Positions 16,559 to 24,993 are shown, counted from the stretch's first letter. The stretch: DNA of 32,000 nucleotides from Candidatus Saccharimonadota bacterium (GCA_023898425.1 CP060222.1:210001-242000), one strand, 5' to 3'. Notes: generated from the sequence alone by a model not told the origin. Numbers and translations are program-made.

Positions 16559-17787
16559 CGTTTGGCGGCAAACTCTAATCCGATCTGATATCCCAACATT
16601 TGGATAGCTTGAAAAAGGAGCTTACCAATAACGGCGCCGACCAATCCGCCAAGGAATAACCCAATCGCCATAATGACGCTTTGAAGTATAGATGAAGTGA
16701 CGAGGACTTTGCTTAAAGTATCGGACTCTTGTTGAGAAAAGAGGATGGTGAGCGGTATCGACCAAAGACCAAAAAGAAAGCTGATCCCGTATAGCTGTGC
16801 GAGAGGAATAATGTCTGTATAATTTGGATAGATGAGCGTAAATACCGGCGGGCAAAGCAAGACATAACCCAAGGCAGTAAAACTGAGACCAACAAAAAGC
16901 AACGCCATTTTTCTACGTAACAATGGAACAATTTCACCTAGGTTTCGATTTGCATAATCTGGTAAAACCACTGATGGGCCTATTTTTATAAAGCCCTTTA
17001 AGCGTTCTGGAATGGTTGTAATAACGGCAAAGGCCGCAAGGGATGCCGGACCAAGGATTGCGTGGATGAGAAATGTTTCTATTTGATCAACAGCAAGTCG
17101 AAGCCCCCAAAGGATAGAGATATGACGACCATAGGGGATGGTGGCTTTATCGGTTGAGGTATTTGGTTTGTAGCGATAGACGGTATAAGCGTGAAATAGC
17201 AAATTCGTTAGCAAAGTGGCGCCAATATTTGCTAGCGTAATAACGATAAGGCTTTGTGTACCAATAAGCGCAATAGCAATCGTCCCGTAGATACATAGCG
17301 CTTGAATAACATTGCTAGTAGAAAAAGCTTCGAACGCTTTTTTTCCTTGTAAGAAAGCAGTATAGGTATTAAAGGCATTCGATACCGGCATCACCAAGGC
17401 AATCGCCGCTAAACAAAAGGCGGCCGTCGTATTGCTTTGAGCGTAAAAGAAAGAGGCGGCTATAAAGCCTCCGATAGCATGTGGTATAGCCCACTTTAAT
17501 TGGTAGCGGATAGAACTCGCTAAAGCCCCTTCATGCCCTCTTGCAACCGCTTGGACAACGGCAATGTTCATTCCGGATAATGCAAAGCTATTAAAAGCAT
17601 TTAACAAACCTAAGATAAAACGGTATTCGCCAAAAACCTCTTTACTCAGGGTATTAGCAAACAAAATATTTACTCCTAAGCCAAAAATAGCAGCAATAAA
17701 AGAACCTACGACGAGCAAGCTACTATTTTTTGCATGCTCACGTACATTGATTTTAAGTCGATGCTCAAGTTGTTGAAGAATAGACAT
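16531..17787 (-). CDS. Wzx-type oligosaccharide flippase (MOP superfamily)
   Basis: 418 aa with about 12 hydrophobic helices. The N-terminus ..KNSSLLVVGSFIAAIFGLGVNILFANTLSKEVFGEYRFILGL.. is the typical Polysacc_synt/Wzx opening. It lies 3 nt downstream of the phosphoglycosyl transferase gene. Confidence 0.7.
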   Translation of the reverse strand: MSILQQLEHRLKINVREHAKNSSLLVVGSFIAAIFGLGVNILFANTLSKEVFGEYRFILGLLNAFNSFALSGMNIAVVQAVARGHEGALASSIRYQLKWAIPHAIGGFIAASFFYAQSNTTAAFCLAAIALVMPVSNAFNTYTAFLQGKKAFEAFSTSNVIQALCIYGTIAIALIGTQSLIVITLANIGATLLTNLLFHAYTVYRYKPNTSTDKATIPYGRHISILWGLRLAVDQIETFLIHAILGPASLAAFAVITTIPERLKGFIKIGPSVVLPDYANRNLGEIVPLLRRKMALLFVGLSFTALGYVLLCPPVFTLIYPNYTDIIPLAQLYGISFLFGLWSIPLTILFSQQESDTLSKVLVTSSILQSVIMAIGLFLGGLVGAVIGKLLFQAIQMLGYQIGLEFAAKRQIALASTK

Positions 17788-17790
17788 GAC

Positions 17791-19167
17791 TTAAGTGCCT
17801 TGACGACGTAAGACGACGCCAATGGTTTTTAGAAGAATAAGGGTATCCAAAAATAATGAGCGATGTTTAATATAAAAAAGATCGTATTGTAATTTACGTA
17901 AGTTGTCTTCGAGTACAGCCGTTGGTATTAAGTACGAAACTTGTGCCCAGCCGGTGAGTCCAGGGCGTGTAAGGTGACGCAACTTATAATAAGGCATCTG
18001 TTCTTCGAGTGGTGCAGTAAACTCAGGCCTTTCTGGTCGAGGGCCGATAAAGGAGAGATCACCAATAAAGACATTCCAGATCTGCGGTAATTCATCGAGA
18101 CGTAATTGGCGAAGTATGCGACCTGCTTTAAATAATCGCGGATCTGTTTTTGCATCTGAGGTAAATTGCGCACCTTCTTTTTCAGCGTCTAGATGCATGG
18201 TACGAAATTTCCAAAGGGTAAATCGTTGGCCGTTTTTGCCAACGCGTACTTGTTTATAGAGCGCAGGTCCTGGTGACGAGACTTTAATAATCCCAGCGAT
18301 CAAAGGGTAGAGTAGGATGGTGATGATGCCAAAAGGGATGGCCATCAAAACATCTGTGCCGCGCTTTACGATCTCGTACCAAGCTTTGTCCGCCTCTTTA
18401 AGATGATGAAGAAACCAAGCTTCATTGACATAACGAAGAGGAATACGACCGGTCGCTGCTTCTTCGATTTCTGCGCGGTCTAAGATAGTGATTGGATAGA
18501 ACACTGCTTGATACACGGCATTACGTAGAGACTCGTGTGTTTCTGGTGACGCCCCAAGTACAATCGTTTGAACACGATGCATGACGAGAAAATCCTCCCA
18601 TTGTTGTAGTCCTTCATAGGTTTCAAAAAAGCTATTTTTTGTTGCCATGCCTCCCGTGATAAAAGCATGTGTGAGTTTTAACCCAAGAGGGCTCTCTTCT
18701 AGTAGACGCGCTACTGGCATGGCTTCACTTGCTGGACCAATATAGACGGTGATTGCTGGGGTAGCGTTTCTTGATAAAAGATGACCAACAATGATCCGCC
18801 ACACATATCCAAAAAAGAGAAAAACAGCAAATTGTATAACGAGGATACGTCGAGGAGCAATCCCGAAAAAGGGGAGTAAATAAAAGAAGGCAAACCCAAT
18901 AAGAACATTTACAAGCATTCCTTCAAGGTACTGACGAAAAAGCTTAATCGGCTCTCTAATAAGAAGAAAACCGTATAAGCCAGAAACATAAAATACTACG
19001 ACCCAGATCAATGAGAGGAGAAAAAATGGCAATGCGTGGAGCGACCACTGTTCTTGGTGAAATGTTCCGTAACGCACAAAGAGGGTTATCACCATTGCAA
19101 ACTGAAAAAAGACCAAGTCTCCAAGGACAAATCCTAGTGTTTTGAGTCTATGTCTTCCTGTAAGCAT
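17791..19167 (-). CDS. polyprenyl-phosphate hexose-1-phosphate transferase (WbaP/Bac_transf family initiating phosphoglycosyl transferase)
   Basis: An N-terminal 4-5 TM block is followed by ..KRGTDVLMAIPFGIITILLYPLIAGIIKVSSPGPALYKQVRVGKNGQRFTLWKFRTMHLDAE..DPRLFKAGRILRQLRLDELPQIWNVFIGDLSFIGPRPERPEF..GLTGWAQV... This is the canonical sugar-transferase domain. Confidence 0.9.
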   Translation of the reverse strand: MLTGRHRLKTLGFVLGDLVFFQFAMVITLFVRYGTFHQEQWSLHALPFFLLSLIWVVVFYVSGLYGFLLIREPIKLFRQYLEGMLVNVLIGFAFFYLLPFFGIAPRRILVIQFAVFLFFGYVWRIIVGHLLSRNATPAITVYIGPASEAMPVARLLEESPLGLKLTHAFITGGMATKNSFFETYEGLQQWEDFLVMHRVQTIVLGASPETHESLRNAVYQAVFYPITILDRAEIEEAATGRIPLRYVNEAWFLHHLKEADKAWYEIVKRGTDVLMAIPFGIITILLYPLIAGIIKVSSPGPALYKQVRVGKNGQRFTLWKFRTMHLDAEKEGAQFTSDAKTDPRLFKAGRILRQLRLDELPQIWNVFIGDLSFIGPRPERPEFTAPLEEQMPYYKLRHLTRPGLTGWAQVSYLIPTAVLEDNLRKLQYDLFYIKHRSLFLDTLILLKTIGVVLRRQGT

Positions 19168-19221
19168 ATTCGCGAGAAATCTGTTTAAAGTGTAGACTTT
19201 TGGAGATCAACCTGTCCAGCT

Positions 19222-20421
19222 ATGAAACCATTACGATATTTCACCTTTCTCTTTATTTTAAGCGCAATCCCAACAAGTGCATTTGCGGCGACCGTGAATG
19301 ATCCGCTCTTTGCTCAGCAATGGAGTTTGCGTCAAACGCATGTTCCGGCGGCTTGGGATATCACTATGGGTGATCCTGCTGTTGTTGTAGCGGTTATCGA
19401 TACGGGTATTGATATGAATCAGCCTGAATTTGCAAATGCCATCTGGACAAATCCCTATGAGATTGCCGGCAATGGTATCGATGATGATAATGATGGTTAT
19501 ATTGATAATGTTCATGGTTGGAACTTTGTAAACGATTCACCCGATACACAGCCAATGAAGGTTATGCATCAACTTGATGAGTCCTACAGCCATGGTGCGG
19601 CTGTGGCCTCGATTATTGCCGCAAGAGCAAATGATCGTTATGGCATGGCAGGCGTTGCCCCAAATGTCCAAATCTTACCTATCACGGTATTAGATGGTGA
19701 TGGTTTTGGTGCAAATAATAATCTGGCATCTGCTATTCGATATGCAACAGCAAAAAATGTACGCATCATGAATATCAGCGTAACGGGCTTTGAAGATAAT
19801 GACGAAGTGCGTTTTGCTCTCTACGAAGCTCAACAAAGAGGGATTGTGATTGTTGCAGCCGTTGGTAATAGCGGAGCTGTGGAAGGGCAGAATCTTGACG
19901 AAGTCTCGGTGTATCCTGCATGTAACGGTAAAGATACAAAAACAAGTACGTTTATTCGAGTAACGGGGACGGACTCTATTGATCAGCATGCGCCACATGC
20001 AAACTTTGGTGCTTCGTGTACAGATATCGCAGCACCTGGCCATGAGCTTATTGGAGCGCATCCACTTGATTTACCAAGCGGCTCCGAAGAGACCGAGACC
20101 TATACACATGTTGCCGGCTTAACAGGAACGAGTGTTGCCTCACCAATGGTCGCAGGGACCGCGGCACTTATTGCATCAGCAAATCCAAAACTCACCGGTG
20201 CAGAGATACGACAAGTTCTTTTAACGACAACAGATTCTATCGAGCCAGGTATTGCCCCAGGTCAAAAAGGGCAGCTTGGATACGGGCGTTTAAATGCAGA
20301 AAAAGCCCTAAAAAAAGCGCTTCTTTCAACGGCTTCGCTTGCTGGTTCTCAATCAGTAAAACCCGCAATTGGACAAGAGCCACAATGGGGGAGGGTCTTT
20401 CGCTTTTGGTTGGGTCGGTAA
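19222..20421 (+). CDS. secreted subtilisin-like serine protease (peptidase S8)
   Basis: The signal peptide is MKPLRYFTFLFILSAIPTSAFA/AT. The D-H-S triad contexts are VAVIDTGID, SHGAAVASIIAA and GTSVASPMVAGTAALI. Confidence 0.9.
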   Translation: MKPLRYFTFLFILSAIPTSAFAATVNDPLFAQQWSLRQTHVPAAWDITMGDPAVVVAVIDTGIDMNQPEFANAIWTNPYEIAGNGIDDDNDGYIDNVHGWNFVNDSPDTQPMKVMHQLDESYSHGAAVASIIAARANDRYGMAGVAPNVQILPITVLDGDGFGANNNLASAIRYATAKNVRIMNISVTGFEDNDEVRFALYEAQQRGIVIVAAVGNSGAVEGQNLDEVSVYPACNGKDTKTSTFIRVTGTDSIDQHAPHANFGASCTDIAAPGHELIGAHPLDLPSGSEETETYTHVAGLTGTSVASPMVAGTAALIASANPKLTGAEIRQVLLTTTDSIEPGIAPGQKGQLGYGRLNAEKALKKALLSTASLAGSQSVKPAIGQEPQWGRVFRFWLGR

Positions 20422-20424
20422 ACC

Positions 20425-20433
20425 TGCTATAAT
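20425..20433 (+). promoter_or_regulatory. extended -10 box TGCTATAAT, 7 nt upstream of ATG 20441
   Basis: An exact TGnTATAAT consensus. A TTGGTT -35-like hexamer sits at 20406-20411 (16-nt spacer). No Shine-Dalgarno sequence lies between the box and the ATG. Confidence 0.45.
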
Positions 20434-20440
20434 CAGCGTT

Positions 20441-21454
20441 ATGGCGAATCCGATCTTTGAACGAAAAAATGTTGTTGTAACAGGTGGAGCTGGTTTTATC
20501 GGCTCACATCTTTGTGATGCGCTTGTAAAAGACCATCACGTTATCTGTATTGATAATTTTTCTACGAGTGATATTGAGAATATCAATCACTTATTACAAA
20601 ATCCTCACTTTGAGCTCATCAACCACGATATCACCAAGCCTTTTGACTTGCGTGATTTTCCTGAGTTAGAACGTTTCAAAATCAAGTTTCAAGGGATTCA
20701 AGAGATTTATCATCTTGCTTCTCCTATTTCGAAAAAGCATTTTGAAGAATTTAAAGTCGCAACTGTTTTAACCAATTCTATTGGGACAAAAAATGTTTTG
20801 GATATTGCTGTTGCACATCAAGCAAAAATCTTGTTTGCCTCATCTTCGGCACTTTATGGTCCACGTCGTGCGGACAAAGATCATGTTTCTGAGTCTGATG
20901 CGTGTTTGATCGATCACCTTACGCCAAGAGGTGCGTATGACGAGGGTAAGCGTTTTAGCGAGGCGATTCTTTCTACCTATGCTGATGTCTATGGTATTGA
21001 TGTAAAAATTGCACGTATTTTTCGTACCTATGGCCCACGTATGAAATTGCATGATGGTAACTTATTGCCAGACATGATTAATGCTGGTCTTGATGGTAAA
21101 GATATTGAGCTCTCTGCCCCCGAAGATGCAAAGATCGCGCTTTGCTATGTCTCCGACATTATCGATGGACTCGTACGTCATATGCGATCAACGATTGACG
21201 TTACGGTAGTTAATCTTGGTTCAGATCAAGAGATTTACCTGTCATCGGTTGCCTCTCTCATTGCCAAGATCACAGGAGGTAATGCACGAGTACGTTTTAC
21301 GGCAGTTAGCTCTTTTCAGGAGCCAGGGCTTCCTGACCTAACAAAAGCAAAACAAATTTTGTCATGGATCCCTTTAGTGCGATTAGAGGACGGTATTACT
21401 CGTATGGTTGAATACGCACGCTCACGTCGTCAACAAAGAACCATGTTTTCCTAA
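20441..21454 (+). CDS. UXS-like extended SDR (NAD-dependent epimerase/dehydratase), divergent paralogue 1
   Basis: ATG 20441 gives MANPIFERKNVVVTGGAGFIGSHLCDAL. It keeps ..AYDEGKRF.. (YxxxK) and ..RIFRTYGPRM... However, it has ASSSALYG where the canonical UXS has ASTSEVYG, and GLPDL where the canonical UXS has RKPHI. Confidence 0.8.
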   Translation: MANPIFERKNVVVTGGAGFIGSHLCDALVKDHHVICIDNFSTSDIENINHLLQNPHFELINHDITKPFDLRDFPELERFKIKFQGIQEIYHLASPISKKHFEEFKVATVLTNSIGTKNVLDIAVAHQAKILFASSSALYGPRRADKDHVSESDACLIDHLTPRGAYDEGKRFSEAILSTYADVYGIDVKIARIFRTYGPRMKLHDGNLLPDMINAGLDGKDIELSAPEDAKIALCYVSDIIDGLVRHMRSTIDVTVVNLGSDQEIYLSSVASLIAKITGGNARVRFTAVSSFQEPGLPDLTKAKQILSWIPLVRLEDGITRMVEYARSRRQQRTMFS

Positions 21455-21459
21455 TCACT

Positions 21460-22485
21460 ATGTCTGAAATCATCTTTGATAAAAAAAATATTCTTGTAAC
21501 GGGTGGCGCTGGTTTTATCGGCTCACATCTTTGTGAAGAATTATTAAATGCAGGTGCAAATGTTATTTGTTTAGACAATTTTGTTACCAGTCAAGAGCAA
21601 AACATTGACCATCTTTTGCGTCATCCGTCCTTTGAATTTATTCGTCATGATATGACGCAAGCGTTTGATCCCGAAGCCTATCCAGAGCTTGCGCGTTTTC
21701 GTATTAAGTTTCAGGGGATTCAAGAGATCTATAATCTCGCATGTCCAACGAGTCCAAAGAAGTTTGAGCAATATCGCATGCAAACGCTCTACACAAACTC
21801 TGTTGGTGTACGACAAGCATTAGATCTCGCATTGCGCTATAAGGCGCGTGTTGTGCATGCCTCATCATCGGTTATTTATGGTGCGCGTCCAGTGGACGGT
21901 CATCGATTTGTCGAGACAGAATTTGGTGCAAATGATCTTTTATCACCACGTGCTTGTTATGATGAAGGCAAGCGATGGGGTGAGACGATTTGCTCAACCT
22001 ATACACAAGTTCACGGGCTTGATGTACGTATTGCACGTATTTTTCGTACCTATGGTCCACGTATGCCGCTCTATGATGGTCAGATGATTCCTGATTTCAT
22101 CACGAACGCTTTAGAGGGCAAGGATTTAGAGATTTTTGGTGATGAGACATTTCGTACATCACTTATGTATGTAGGAGATTTGGTAGATGGACTTGTTAAG
22201 CTTATGAATATCCCACAGAATCCTGGACCGATCAATTTTGGAAGTGATGTAGATATCCCATTGGTAGATGTTGCGACGCGTATATTACAAATGACGGGAT
22301 CGTCATCTACGATTAAGTTTAGTGGATCATTGTTATTTATGACCGAGCTTGGTTTGCCTGAGCTTGCTAAAGCAAGAGAGACGCTTGACTGGATCCCTCT
22401 TGTGATGTTGGACGATGGATTAAAACGATCGATTGATTATACGATTTCGCATAAATCTTTGCTTGGTTTTCAGCCACTCGCATAA
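21460..22485 (+). CDS. UXS-like extended SDR, divergent paralogue 2 (tandem duplicate)
   Basis: ..[18 protein letters not shown].., ..ASSSVIYG.., ..CYDEGKRWGE.., ..RIFRTYGPRM.., ..ELGLPEL... It shares the ..RF[KR]IKFQGIQEIY.. insertion and long stretches of nucleotide identity with the gene at 20441-21454. Confidence 0.8.
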   Translation: MSEIIFDKKNILVTGGAGFIGSHLCEELLNAGANVICLDNFVTSQEQNIDHLLRHPSFEFIRHDMTQAFDPEAYPELARFRIKFQGIQEIYNLACPTSPKKFEQYRMQTLYTNSVGVRQALDLALRYKARVVHASSSVIYGARPVDGHRFVETEFGANDLLSPRACYDEGKRWGETICSTYTQVHGLDVRIARIFRTYGPRMPLYDGQMIPDFITNALEGKDLEIFGDETFRTSLMYVGDLVDGLVKLMNIPQNPGPINFGSDVDIPLVDVATRILQMTGSSSTIKFSGSLLFMTELGLPELAKARETLDWIPLVMLDDGLKRSIDYTISHKSLLGFQPLA

Positions 22486-22496
22486 CGTTATACACA

Positions 22497-22524
22497 AAAG
22501 AAGGCTTGACGGCCTTCTTTTTTT
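22497..22524 (+). terminator. rho-independent terminator
   Basis: AAAGAAGGC-ttgacg-GCCTTCTTT followed by TTTT, 12 nt after the stop codon. Confidence 0.8.
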
Positions 22525-22576
22525 ATTGAACGGAGTTAAGAGCGGTAACATGTCGTTATCACAAGGAGTTGGTGTT

Positions 22577-23914
22577 ATGACAAGATTTGCTTGGGTGTAT
22601 TGGTTAGGGGTGTTTTTTCTCACGGCTCTCCATGGCTGCGTCACGGACTCAACGTATCAGGACGTTGAAGATCCTTATGACGCAAGTTCTGAGGCGCTCG
22701 TGGCGAACTGTGGTGGTACCGTCAGGTATCCAACAACAGAAAGAGACTTTAATCGTCTCTATGCACAACGAGTATTTCTCGCTAGTGGCGGGCCGGGGGC
22801 GCATCTTGGTCGCGATATTGCCTATCGAGTAGATGAATCCATTTATCCCATCATGTGTGGTCGTATTGTTTATTACGGCCCCGCTAGTGGCTATGGGACC
22901 TTGGTTGTCGCTATTGAGCATACGCTGAATCGCGCCATCTCGGTAACATCAGGCGATGGAAGGAAAACGTTGGTTACGACGTTTCTCTCGATTTACGGTC
23001 ACCTGATGGCTGCTACACCAGATGGTGTAACACAGCCTTGGCGCAATGGTGACATGGTTACTACGCAAGATCGCATCGGTGTAGTGCAAACCGATGCCTT
23101 AAATGGTGACGGTGCTGAACATCTGCATTTGGGGATTCGGCTTCAAAGTGCTGCCGAAGCTCAACGCGTCGATGGTCGGTATTGGATGAGGGGTTATGAT
23201 AGTAATCCGTCCAAGCGTCGTTTCTTTGCTGATCCAGCGATATTTCTCTATGAGGTAATGCAGTTTCAGAGGTCTATTCTGTCGCACCCTGCGGGGAGCT
23301 ATCTCATTGATCCGCTTGGTAATAGGTATGTGGTGAGTGCCAACGGATCAGATCTGCATGCCATCGAGCCGCTTACAGCAGAGCAAGAGGGTTTTACGCA
23401 AAGACCTCTCTTGATCACAGAGCAAGAAAAAGCCTGCTACTTTATCAGTGATGAATATCGCCCGCGCTTTCGTCAGCAACCGGGGAGTGTTCCATTCGTT
23501 GGACGAAGCCAATATAGTCCAGTCGTCTATCTCTTTTATGGTGATAGGCAAAACGTCTATCACCGTGATGCCTTTGTCTCATGGGAAGCCTTGCTCTCAC
23601 ATGGGTATACTGCGGACAATATTGGTTGGTTTGACGAGACTGAGCTTGATTCGTTGCGACGCCTCTACCCCGTTCAGGGTATTGTGCGGATGCAAGAAGG
23701 GTCACTTGTCAAAGCACGTGGTGCGCCTGCCGTTTATGTCGTTTCTAATGGTCGTCGTAGGCCGATCTATAACTGGAATACCTTTCAGGCATTCGGCTAT
23801 TCGGCTAATCAGATCTACGAAATTGATGCAGATGCTCTTAACGACGTTGCTGGGCCTTTGGGTACGGTATTACGGCTCGAGGATGCGTCAGCTTGCCCCG
23901 CTCGCGGGATCTAA
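22577..23914 (+). CDS. M23 (LytM-type) metallopeptidase, probable lipoprotein, with C-terminal triple GxLxK..AVY module
   Basis: ATG 22577 is preceded by AAGGAG (22564-22569). MTRFAWVYWLGVFFLTALHGC is a signal peptide with a lipobox-like Cys. The HxxxD (AHLGRD) and HxH (EHLHLG) motifs, plus ..GYGTLVVAIEH.. and ..SIYGHL.., fit peptidase M23. The C-terminal ~210 aa resemble the N-terminus of the surface protein. Confidence 0.75.
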   Translation: MTRFAWVYWLGVFFLTALHGCVTDSTYQDVEDPYDASSEALVANCGGTVRYPTTERDFNRLYAQRVFLASGGPGAHLGRDIAYRVDESIYPIMCGRIVYYGPASGYGTLVVAIEHTLNRAISVTSGDGRKTLVTTFLSIYGHLMAATPDGVTQPWRNGDMVTTQDRIGVVQTDALNGDGAEHLHLGIRLQSAAEAQRVDGRYWMRGYDSNPSKRRFFADPAIFLYEVMQFQRSILSHPAGSYLIDPLGNRYVVSANGSDLHAIEPLTAEQEGFTQRPLLITEQEKACYFISDEYRPRFRQQPGSVPFVGRSQYSPVVYLFYGDRQNVYHRDAFVSWEALLSHGYTADNIGWFDETELDSLRRLYPVQGIVRMQEGSLVKARGAPAVYVVSNGRRRPIYNWNTFQAFGYSANQIYEIDADALNDVAGPLGTVLRLEDASACPARGI

Positions 23915-23918
23915 CTGT

Positions 23919-23957
23919 CACCCACACCAGGTCTCTGGTGTGGGTGTTCTGTTTGTT
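23919..23957 (+). terminator. terminator-like hairpin
   Basis: CACCCACACCAG-gtct-CTGGTGTGGGTG is a perfect 12-bp stem. It is followed by the T-rich stretch ttctgtttgtt. Confidence 0.65.
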
Positions 23958-23970
23958 GTAGGGTAGTGGT

Positions 23971-24648
23971 ATGAAGGTAATTGCGGTTATTCCGGCCTAT
24001 TTTGAAGGGTCGCGTATCGCTCATGTGATTCATGAGGTAAAGCCATTCGTTGATGAGGTGGTTGTCGTTGATGATGGTTCTACAGATATCACCACCAAAA
24101 CAGCAAAAGAGGCTGGAGCAATTGTATTTCGCCATGCTGTAAATCGAGGTCAGGGCGCAGCATTGCGTACAGGTACGGAGGCAGCGCTTCGTCTTGGGGC
24201 TGATTGCATTATCCATCTTGATGCAGACGGGCAGCACGACTCTGCGGCCATCCCGCTTTTCTTGAAAGAAATCGAAGCGGGGAGTGAAGTTGTTTTTGGA
24301 TCTCGGTTCTTAGGTGCAGAGGCTATTGGTATGCCAAAACATCGAAGATATGTTTTGGCCTTGGCAAAAACATTCAATCGTTTCGCACTCGGGATTTCTT
24401 CGCAAGTAACAGATCCACAAAGTGGTTATCGTGCAATGACCGCTCAAGCAGCGAGAACGATTGATTTTCGACAAGATCGTATGGCGCATTGTTCCGAGAT
24501 ATTGCGACTTGTTACGCGTTCATCACTGCGCTGGAAGGAAATCCCAACAACCGTTCGTTATACAGAGGACACACTAGCAAAAGGACAAAAAGCAACGGAT
24601 GCGTTTGTTATAGTTTGGCAATTAATTCTTGGAGCTTTTCAACGATAA
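23971..24648 (+). CDS. GT2 polyprenyl-phosphate glycosyltransferase (GtrB/ArnC/DPM1-like)
   Basis: MKVIAVIPAYFEGSRIAHVI..VVVVDDGSTDIT..NRGQGAALRTG..IIHLDADGQHD.. is a canonical GT-A DxD-containing fold of the Dpm1/GtrB type. No C-terminal TM helices are present. Confidence 0.85.
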   Translation: MKVIAVIPAYFEGSRIAHVIHEVKPFVDEVVVVDDGSTDITTKTAKEAGAIVFRHAVNRGQGAALRTGTEAALRLGADCIIHLDADGQHDSAAIPLFLKEIEAGSEVVFGSRFLGAEAIGMPKHRRYVLALAKTFNRFALGISSQVTDPQSGYRAMTAQAARTIDFRQDRMAHCSEILRLVTRSSLRWKEIPTTVRYTEDTLAKGQKATDAFVIVWQLILGAFQR

Positions 24649-24651
24649 ACT

Positions 24652-24984
24652 ATGATTATTCAATTTTTACTTACTCTTATCGCGCTTGCTGGTTTTGCCT
24701 TGGTGTGGCGACGAGCGTCGCAAGGTGTTTTAAGTCGTATCGAATCAATCAGTTGGTCGCTTTTGTGGATCGCGGGTACAATTATCGTTTGGCAACCAGA
24801 GGTTGCTAGTCGCTTAGCACGTTTGGTTGGTGTCGGTCGTGGTGTCGACGTGATCACGTATCTTGTTTTGGCTTTTGTTTGTATTCTTCTTTTTCAAGCA
24901 TTTTTAGCGATAGATCGCTTAGAGCGAAAACTTACGGATTTGGTACGTGCAGATGCTCTTCGCGATCTTGCGCCAAAAGAGTAG
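24652..24984 (+). CDS. small membrane protein, DUF2304-like
   Basis: 110 aa with 3-4 hydrophobic helices and a C-terminal amphipathic ..AIDRLERKLTDLVRADALRDL... Both this shape and its position directly after a GT2 gene are characteristic of DUF2304. Confidence 0.6.
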   Translation: MIIQFLLTLIALAGFALVWRRASQGVLSRIESISWSLLWIAGTIIVWQPEVASRLARLVGVGRGVDVITYLVLAFVCILLFQAFLAIDRLERKLTDLVRADALRDLAPKE

Positions 24985-24993
24985 AATTTGAGT

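Noticed and set aside
19222-23914. The S8 protease, SDR pair and M23 peptidase as a toxin, defence or bacteriocin-type cassette
   Set aside because: Both hydrolases have ordinary export signals and housekeeping-type catalytic motifs. No immunity, ATPase, nuclease or other defence hallmarks are nearby. The context is consistently envelope biogenesis.
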